DNA from: an uncultured Planctomycetia bacterium
Lineage (GTDB): Bacteria; Omnitrophota; Gorgyraeia; Duberdicusellales; Duberdicusellaceae
Length of the DNA: 64,000 bases
NCBI GenBank assembly: GCA_964634935.1
Contig: CAZWJT010000004.1
Span: 94,915-158,914, forward strand
Reading direction: 5' to 3'
Shown here: piece after piece, positions 57,686 to 64,000 of the stretch
Layout of the letters: the number at the start of each line of letters is the position of its first letter
Numbering within the stretch: the first letter of the stretch is position 1
Notes under the pieces: generated by a model
Database searches by the model: none
What the model was told of the DNA's origin: nothing
What the model saw: only the letters and a program-made list of their open reading frames with translations
Program-made: the position numbers and the translations under genes

Positions 57686-59250
57686 AAATATTTATTGGCC
57701 GAGAAAACGAAATAGACCTCTTGCGCAAGCGGATCGCCGCCTTCCTAGAAGGCTATCGACAAAATATCGCCATCATCGGAAAAACCTTAGTAGGAAAAAC
57801 ATCTCTACTCCAGCGGGTAACAAGAGAAAGCCTCCCCAATACCTTAACTTTATTTATTAATACTGAACACACGACATATAGAGCCTTTATCAAAAAAACC
57901 TGCTTTGCGCTCTTACATTCCTTTCTTGCATCCAAAAATATCCAGCAAGCGGATATATTCGATCTCGACCATGCACTCGCTGAAGCAGAAAAAAGCATTC
58001 CCCAAACTACGGAAATGCTCAAAAATGCCATCAATCAGAAAGAAAATATTGAAATGCTTACTGCCGCTCTCGATACCTTCCTCAAGGAAAATCCCTGTAA
58101 ACTGATCATCGTAATTGAAAACTTTGTAGCGCTTCAGTCATATTCAAAAAAAATATTCACACAACTGGCAAAGTATATCCTCACCCAGAAAGACATTATG
58201 TATATCATCACTTCTTCGCAAACAAGAGAAGCACTCAAGGCTCTTTCAACTGATCTGAACTTACTCTTCGGCAATTTTGAGATTATCCACTTAACCAATC
58301 TTTCCTACAAAGACAGCGAAACCCTCTTAACGCTCAATGCCGAAGCAATGCCGGAACTTTTTACCAAATTTCTTGTAGATATTACTGACGGCCATCCCTA
58401 TTACCTATCATGCGTTGCGAATACATTGCGAAACCTACAGATTAAGGACTGGTCCAACGATATCTTTATTAAAGTGTTGGCGGAAATCTTCTCAAATGAA
58501 TACTCGATCCTGTATCAATTGTTTAATACCCGGATTCAACTCATTCAGAATGCATTCCGCGCTGATGACGACATAATCTCAACCCTCCTTGTAATTGTTT
58601 CAGGCTACAAACGGATGCGTGAGATCGCATTTATGCTGAAAATTGACACCAATACTGCCCGAGTACGCCTGGCAAAACTTGCAGAGGAGGATATTATTGG
58701 AAAATCCGGTGCGCTGTACCACGTAACCGATACGCTATTCGCTGTCTGGCTCGATTGCGTATTGCGACAGCAGATCGAATTCCCTCACAGCGAAGAGCAG
58801 ATGCAAAAAAATATTCAGCAAGCAATCCTCGAAAAAATCTCTGTATTTAAAGAAACTTGCGCCCGAAGCAAGCTCGATCGAATCGTCGAGCTTATCCACC
58901 TCTTTAAAGATGATACGATTAATCTCGGAAAGAAAAATATAATCCTGCCACAAATACAAAAATATAAAGTTATCCCTTCTGGAAATGAAAATATGTCATT
59001 TATTATTGGGGAAGGACGACAATATCTCATTGTTGCCCTCAAGAATGGTCCAGCAAGCGAGAACGATATTACCGAATTCGCCAACCGCTGTAGTTACTTC
59101 CGAAACAAGCAACTGAAAAAGATTTTAATCAGCACAAACAACACCACCGATTCATCACGATTGCTGGCAAAAGAAAAAAAGTTGTTACTCTGGGAAGAGC
59201 ATGAAATCAACGCCTTACTCCGATTATATAACAAGTCTATCCTGCTATGA
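57682..59250 (+). CDS. P-loop ATPase with winged-helix and C-terminal DUF234-like domain (Arch_ATPase PF01637-type architecture)
   Basis: Walker A IIGKTLVGKTSLL, Walker-B-like LIIVIENF, wHTH-like MREIAFMLKIDTNTARVRLAKLAEEDIIG, C-terminal about 100-aa domain. Confidence 0.55.
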   Translation: MKIFIGRENEIDLLRKRIAAFLEGYRQNIAIIGKTLVGKTSLLQRVTRESLPNTLTLFINTEHTTYRAFIKKTCFALLHSFLASKNIQQADIFDLDHALAEAEKSIPQTTEMLKNAINQKENIEMLTAALDTFLKENPCKLIIVIENFVALQSYSKKIFTQLAKYILTQKDIMYIITSSQTREALKALSTDLNLLFGNFEIIHLTNLSYKDSETLLTLNAEAMPELFTKFLVDITDGHPYYLSCVANTLRNLQIKDWSNDIFIKVLAEIFSNEYSILYQLFNTRIQLIQNAFRADDDIISTLLVIVSGYKRMREIAFMLKIDTNTARVRLAKLAEEDIIGKSGALYHVTDTLFAVWLDCVLRQQIEFPHSEEQMQKNIQQAILEKISVFKETCARSKLDRIVELIHLFKDDTINLGKKNIILPQIQKYKVIPSGNENMSFIIGEGRQYLIVALKNGPASENDITEFANRCSYFRNKQLKKILISTNNTTDSSRLLAKEKKLLLWEEHEINALLRLYNKSILL

Positions 59251-59735
59251 AAATTATTGTATTATCCGACACGCACATGCCGACTGCCTCTACAAAATTG
59301 CCTCATCGAGTAACTCAAGAATTGAAAAACGCAGATTTGTGCATCCATGCTGGAGACTTCACGGCCAAAACAGTTTTGGAAGACCTGAAAAAATACTGCC
59401 CGGTCACCTGCGTCCATGGCAACATGGATGATGATTCAATCAAACGCGAATGTCCAGAAACAACAACAACGATCATCGAAAATGTTAAAATAGGAATCTT
59501 TCATGGTCATGGCTCTTCCGATAAAATACTCGACCATATCAAAAACACATTCCAGGAAAAAATGCATATTTATATTTACGGACATACGCATAAGGCCTTA
59601 GCGCTGCACCGGGATGGATCGCTGTTTTTTAACCCCGGATCACCGACTGACCACATATTCGCTGAATATAATTCTTATGGTATCTTAGAAATTAGCAATG
59701 GGACAATCAGTCAAAAAATTATACACATTGAATAG
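59247..59735 (+). CDS. YfcE/MJ0936-type metallophosphoesterase
   Basis: MKIIVLSDTHMP, IHAGDF, GNMD, GHGS, GHTH metallophosphatase motifs. Confidence 0.7.
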   Translation: MKIIVLSDTHMPTASTKLPHRVTQELKNADLCIHAGDFTAKTVLEDLKKYCPVTCVHGNMDDDSIKRECPETTTTIIENVKIGIFHGHGSSDKILDHIKNTFQEKMHIYIYGHTHKALALHRDGSLFFNPGSPTDHIFAEYNSYGILEISNGTISQKIIHIE

Positions 59736-60219
59736 ACTCTGGGCCCCTTGGAGGCTCACCTATATTCAGACTTCTGGAGAAAAAGGAAAGAAGTGCGTGT
59801 TTTGCCGGGCTGCCCATTCTAAAAATGACACACAGAATCTGATCTTACTGCGAAAAAAATTGACTTTTTCTTTACTGAATCTCTATCCCTATAATAATGG
59901 GCACTTACTTGTTCTTCCATACCGCCACATCAATGATATCACTTTACTCTCTCAGGCTGAACAAAGAGAGTTGTTCGCGCACATACAGCTACTTGTAAAA
60001 ATTAGTAAAAAAGTATTGAGACCGCACGGATTTAATATCGGCATAAACCAGGGCTCTATGGCTGGAGCGGGAATACAAAATCATATCCATATTCATATCG
60101 TTCCGCGCTGGAAGGGCGACACGAATTTTTTACCCATAATTGCCAATACAAGAGTGATCTCTCAATCACTGAATGACCTCCAAACACGAATGAAAAATGC
60201 ACTGCGAAAACACAAATAA
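59698..60219 (+). CDS. HIT-family nucleotide hydrolase/transferase
   Basis: HIHIHIVPR histidine triad, upstream LWAPWR box. Confidence 0.7.
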   Translation: MGQSVKKLYTLNRLWAPWRLTYIQTSGEKGKKCVFCRAAHSKNDTQNLILLRKKLTFSLLNLYPYNNGHLLVLPYRHINDITLLSQAEQRELFAHIQLLVKISKKVLRPHGFNIGINQGSMAGAGIQNHIHIHIVPRWKGDTNFLPIIANTRVISQSLNDLQTRMKNALRKHK

Positions 60220-61345
60220 CCAACGAGCGGCATATGCCACTCACCCTGAATTCTCCCGGGGAAGGAGATATGCCGAAGACGAACATCTGTACCGGAATAT
60301 CTACCAAAGAGACCGCGACAGAATCATCCATTCATCAGCGTTCCGCCGACTCGAACATAAAACACAAGTTTTTATCTTTCGGGAAGGGGATTATCGAAAA
60401 CGTCTCACGCATACTCTTGAAGTAGCTCAAATTGCTCGTACCATAGCTCGCTCTTTGGGATTAAACGAAGATCTTACCGAAGCAATCGCCTTAGCGCATG
60501 ACGTTGGGCATACTCCTTTTGGACATGCCGGAGAAGATGTCTTAAAAAAATTACTCCAGGATCAGGGTGGATTCAACCATAACTTACAAGGGTTACGCAT
60601 CGTTGATTTCCTTGAGAAAAAATACCCAAACTTTCCCGGATTAAACCTCACCTGGGAAGTACGCGAAGGTATCGCCAAGCATTCAACCCGCTATGATAAT
60701 CAGGCGATGCTGCAAGATTTTCCAGAGTTAAATCTAAAAGAAATGCCAACACTGGAAACACAAGTTGTCGACATTGCCGATGAAATTGCCTATGACAATC
60801 ACGACCTCGACGATGGAATACGAACTGGTCTCATACACGAGAACAAACTGGACCAAGTTGAATTCTGGCACCGAACCAAAGAACTACTCAAAAACAAATA
60901 TCCGACTGCAGATAAAGAAATTCTGCACTATATCATCATCCGCACGCTCATTAATGAACAAGTAACAAACCTCATAGAAAATACAAAAAAACTCATTCTC
61001 GATAATGCCATTACTTCCTGGGAGAAGGCAAAGCTTCACCCGAGCCGACTCGTTGATTTCAGCGATCCGATAAAACGGATACGCGCTCCTTTAAAACAAT
61101 TTTTATGGGATAATCTTTATTTACACTGGAAAGTGCTTCGGATGACGGAAAAAGCGAAAACAATACTAGAGTATCTATTCCGAAGCTACTTTGAGAATCC
61201 GAATATGCTTCCACCGGATTTCCAGGAACGAATAGATAAACAAGACTCTAAGAAAAAAGTTATCGCTGATTATATTGCAAGCATGACAGACAGGCAGGCA
61301 CAAGATGAATATAAAAAGTTTTTCGATCCCTACGAAAAAATATAA
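60197..61345 (+). CDS. dgt: dGTP triphosphohydrolase-like HD-domain protein
   Basis: RDRIIHSSAFRRLEHKTQV, THTLEVAQIARTIA, AHDVGHTPFGHAGE are the Dgt-family blocks. Confidence 0.85.
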   Translation: MHCENTNNQRAAYATHPEFSRGRRYAEDEHLYRNIYQRDRDRIIHSSAFRRLEHKTQVFIFREGDYRKRLTHTLEVAQIARTIARSLGLNEDLTEAIALAHDVGHTPFGHAGEDVLKKLLQDQGGFNHNLQGLRIVDFLEKKYPNFPGLNLTWEVREGIAKHSTRYDNQAMLQDFPELNLKEMPTLETQVVDIADEIAYDNHDLDDGIRTGLIHENKLDQVEFWHRTKELLKNKYPTADKEILHYIIIRTLINEQVTNLIENTKKLILDNAITSWEKAKLHPSRLVDFSDPIKRIRAPLKQFLWDNLYLHWKVLRMTEKAKTILEYLFRSYFENPNMLPPDFQERIDKQDSKKKVIADYIASMTDRQAQDEYKKFFDPYEKI

Positions 61346-62381
61346 GGCGATTTTCACTATTTTTCATGCGCTCTATCGAACTGCCACTTCGGCTTTTACG
61401 ATGAACGATTTGACTATGGGCATATTGCGCATCATTCATAACGCTATGGAAGCCGATAAAACATCCATAGTGTTTGCGCAGCACGGTAAGAATTCTTACA
61501 TGAAATTTATCGCACAGCGATATAAAAAGACTAATATTAAAAAAGGTGCCTCAACGATACTCACCTGCAAAGAAAGAGGAACCCTTGAAAAGGAAAAGAT
61601 ATGTTCCGAACCGCATATGCTGATTGTTCCGCTGATTTTCATCAATATCATTGGACTCATCACCATAGAACGCTCCCACGGCAACACGCCGTTCGATGAA
61701 TCTGATAAAGAATTACTACTGAGCATCAGTGAACATATAGCGGTTATCTTGCGGAACTATCAACTCTACGAAGAACAGCAACAAACAGTCATTGGAGCTG
61801 TGCGCGCCTTAACCAAATTTCTTGACCGATACGCCCCGACAAGTCACATTCATATTAAATATTTCTCGACTCTCCTGAGAGAGCTCGGAAAAGAACTTTC
61901 TCTGAAGGCGAGTCAAATGATGTCCATGGAGTATGCGGCAAAGCTTCACGACGCAGGAAAGATGGAAATCCCCATGGATATCTTGCTGAAAAAAAATACG
62001 CCGCTTACACCGGAAGAGCGGGAAATCATCAAAAAACATCCTATGCAAGGCGCAATGTTGATTAAAGATCTCAAAATACTCAGACCAGTAATCCCAATAA
62101 TTTTGTATCATCATGAAAAATACGACGGCACAGGATACCCTTCGGGGCTGAAGAAGAAACAGATTCCGCTTGAAGCAAGAATCATGGCCGTTATGGACGC
62201 CTTTGACGCGATGATCTTTGGTCGACCGTATCGGGCAAAAATCTCCCTACAGGAAGCCATTCTAGAAGTGCAAAAGAATAAAGGAACCCAGTTTGATCCT
62301 CATATTGTGGACACTTTTGTAAAAGTAATACAGAAACCACTAGTAAAAAGAATCTTGATTAACGCGATAAAACAAGTATAA
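61305..62381 (+). CDS. GAF-like sensor fused to HD-GYP c-di-GMP phosphodiesterase
   Basis: AKLHDAGKMEIP (HD), YHHEKYDGTGYPSG (GYP); alternative in-frame start at 61401 would remove the 41-nt overlap with dgt. Confidence 0.8.
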   Translation: MNIKSFSIPTKKYKAIFTIFHALYRTATSAFTMNDLTMGILRIIHNAMEADKTSIVFAQHGKNSYMKFIAQRYKKTNIKKGASTILTCKERGTLEKEKICSEPHMLIVPLIFINIIGLITIERSHGNTPFDESDKELLLSISEHIAVILRNYQLYEEQQQTVIGAVRALTKFLDRYAPTSHIHIKYFSTLLRELGKELSLKASQMMSMEYAAKLHDAGKMEIPMDILLKKNTPLTPEEREIIKKHPMQGAMLIKDLKILRPVIPIILYHHEKYDGTGYPSGLKKKQIPLEARIMAVMDAFDAMIFGRPYRAKISLQEAILEVQKNKGTQFDPHIVDTFVKVIQKPLVKRILINAIKQV

Positions 62382-62391
62382 TTGCTCAATC

Positions 62392-62976
62392 ATGGAAGAC
62401 AAAAGTCAACTTACTTTCTTTTACAATAACCAGCAAAAAAACGACAAAAAAATATCGTTTGACTTAGATAAAATCATTATTTTGGCTATTATCTTAGTCT
62501 GCCTGTTAATCGCTGCCTACATATGGGGAAAACGGAGTAGTAAGAATCAAAATCAAATCGCCGCGGCGAAGAACGAAATTCCTCTTGTGGACTTACAAGC
62601 TGGGTTGAACGAAACAGCGTCTCCGCATCCTGCAACACTCCCAGATGGATTAAACAAACAACAGCTGATCACCCAGGAAACTTTAGAACAGAAAGAATCA
62701 CAACAACCAACAACAAATATTCTCCCTCGAACAAACCAACTTGACGCCAAAAAAGCATACTACACAATCCAAATTGCAAGCTACACAAGCGCTTCAATGG
62801 CAGAAAAAGAGCGAAAAATTCTGGCAGAAAAAGGCATCCTTGCATTCGTGAACACAAAAAAAACATATATCGTTTTATACGCCGGGAAATTTATGGAGCG
62901 AAAAGACGCTGAGTCATTGTTGCGAAAAATGAGACTAAAATACAAAGATTGCCTAATAAGGAGGATAGAACCATGA
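62392..62976 (+). CDS. SPOR-domain membrane protein (septal peptidoglycan-binding, DedD/FtsN-like)
   Basis: N-terminal TM (IIILAIILVCLLIAAYIW), C-terminal SPOR fold YYTIQIASYTSASMAEK...YIVLYAGKFMERKDAESLLRKM. Confidence 0.6.
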   Translation: MEDKSQLTFFYNNQQKNDKKISFDLDKIIILAIILVCLLIAAYIWGKRSSKNQNQIAAAKNEIPLVDLQAGLNETASPHPATLPDGLNKQQLITQETLEQKESQQPTTNILPRTNQLDAKKAYYTIQIASYTSASMAEKERKILAEKGILAFVNTKKTYIVLYAGKFMERKDAESLLRKMRLKYKDCLIRRIEP

Positions 62977-63239
62977 GTATTCACCCGTCACTGAAATCAA
63001 AGGGAAAGCTAAAGGGAAAACGCTCTGTCCTAAAGCGCTCGGAAAGAATCCAATGGATGATGGAAAAGAAAGTTTGGGACGACAAGCGCGCTGTCTTCGG
63101 ACTACCAAAGATAAAAATAATGAAGTTGAAAGCAGCGAAAAAAGAGAAAAAAGAAGAAAAGAAAGAAGACGCTACAACTCCGACAGCCACAACCGCAACG
63201 CCTACGGCTGCTGCAACGCCTAAAACAAAAACCGCATAA
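62973..63239 (+). CDS. small basic protein resembling the TIGR04137 family (PVC-group small basic protein) with Thr/Pro/Ala-rich tail
   Basis: MSIHPSLKSKGKLKGKRSVLKRSERIQWMMEKKVWDDKRAVFGLPKIKI after a strong AAGGAGGA RBS; start moved from ORF-table 62949 to ATG 62973. Confidence 0.5.
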   Translation: MSIHPSLKSKGKLKGKRSVLKRSERIQWMMEKKVWDDKRAVFGLPKIKIMKLKAAKKEKKEEKKEDATTPTATTATPTAAATPKTKTA

Positions 63240-63249
63240 GAAAACCACT

Positions 63250-64000
63250 ATGCGCCTATCTGGCACAATAACAGTGGTACTCTTTATGAATCTTACCAAT
63301 CTAGCCACGGTAAGCGCTGATACGCCATTGCGGCAAGGGTTTGTAAACAAAGAAGGGGTCAATGTTCGCGCAGATGCCAGTGTTTATTCCATGGTCTTGG
63401 CAACGCTCCATAAAGGAGAAAGAATATCCATCGCCAAAGAACAACCTGAGTGGTATAAAATCATTATACCTGCGAATCGGGTAAAAGCTTTCATTCACTC
63501 TGATTATCTTGAAAGAAATATAGATGGATTCGTTACGAATGCAAATCAAATCAATATCCGTACCGAACCAACCCTCTCCGGCTTGATTATTGGGACAATG
63601 CCAAAGGACACAGTAGTAAGTGTATTTGAAAAGAAAGAAAATTTTTATAGCATCGAACCCTATCCATATGCATACGGATGGATCCATAAAAATTTTCTTA
63701 CATTCAAGAATCAAGAGAATAATTTTATTCCAGTACAGACAAAAACGCCAGATTATTCAGAAAACACTCTTTCTCCCCAAGAACATTACTCCTCCAAAAC
63801 AGAACAATCTCCTCCAAAAGAACCAGAACAAAACCAGATTTCTGGGATGCTCAAACGATTAACCAACAAAAAATGCAACACCCACTACATCATTCTTACA
63901 AACGATGAGAAAAAAATACCTATTCGCTTTAAAAAACCTCTCAACAAACAGATAAAATCATTGCTCAATCAGTTCATCCGACTTGAAGGAAAACCAGATA
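63250..64000 (+). CDS. secreted protein with two bacterial SH3 (SH3b) domains, 3'-truncated by window end
   Basis: Signal peptide MRLSGTITVVLFMNLTNLATVSA; two repeats of the GxVNVR...GE.I.I......WYKI / N.INIR.EP....IIG pattern; no stop before 64000, so absent from the ORF table. Confidence 0.5.
   Translation, partial: MRLSGTITVVLFMNLTNLATVSADTPLRQGFVNKEGVNVRADASVYSMVLATLHKGERISIAKEQPEWYKIIIPANRVKAFIHSDYLERNIDGFVTNANQINIRTEPTLSGLIIGTMPKDTVVSVFEKKENFYSIEPYPYAYGWIHKNFLTFKNQENNFIPVQTKTPDYSENTLSPQEHYSSKTEQSPPKEPEQNQISGMLKRLTNKKCNTHYIILTNDEKKIPIRFKKPLNKQIKSLLNQFIRLEGKPD

Noticed and set aside
1-64000. CRISPR arrays, integrases, transposases, phage structural genes
   Set aside because: No direct-repeat/spacer periodicity and no recombinase or capsid-like proteins were seen in any frame. 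The window reads as core chromosome.

Overview
This 64 kb AT-rich bacterial chromosome window (GC roughly 40% by eye, not computed) carries about 70 genes, all confidently called on the + strand; no minus-strand gene has any support. The content is almost entirely core housekeeping:
- rlmN 3' end, tadA, pta-ackA, panD-def-rpsP-yajC-secDF
- a shortened mfd, then a surA-like/pdxA/rsmA cluster in the E. coli order
- hisI, a TrpE/PabB-family gene, accD, a CBS-less guaB with guaA, dnaE, hup, hisS, a short aspS, trxB
- a Bcd/EtfB/EtfA operon with a ferredoxin-fused EtfA, smc, dnaG-rpoD, lgt, nadE, truA, aroQ, pepP, efp-accB-accC
- a PPi-type phosphofructokinase, gmhA plus a stand-alone RfaE domain II, a ThiC-family gene, tRNA-Gly(CCC), a dGTPase-like gene, and three c-di-GMP turnover proteins.

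No CRISPR array, integrase, transposase or phage genes were recognised. ORF-table starts are sometimes TTG or GTG, and several starts were adjusted by eye (secDF, dnaE, nadE, aroQ, the M23 lipoprotein, the small basic protein). Two genes are missing from the ORF table: a 52-aa Trm112-like ORF and a 3'-truncated SH3b-domain protein at the window end.

The most unusual items are:
- Mfd lacking its UvrA-interaction and C-terminal autoinhibitory modules
- PPi-PFK signature residues in the phosphofructokinase
- EF-P with Arg at the Lys34 position
- an active-site-degenerate M23 lipoprotein
- an ATPase/wHTH/DUF234-type protein next to a phosphoesterase-HIT-dGTPase trio
- a stable hairpin upstream of dnaE, and a candidate leaderless promoter

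Lineage hints point to an anaerobic, possibly PVC-superphylum or candidate-phylum organism (inference). The hints are the TIGR04137-like small basic protein, DUF1844, the PPi-PFK and the Fd-EtfA. I found no single clearly novel multi-gene system and say so rather than inventing one.
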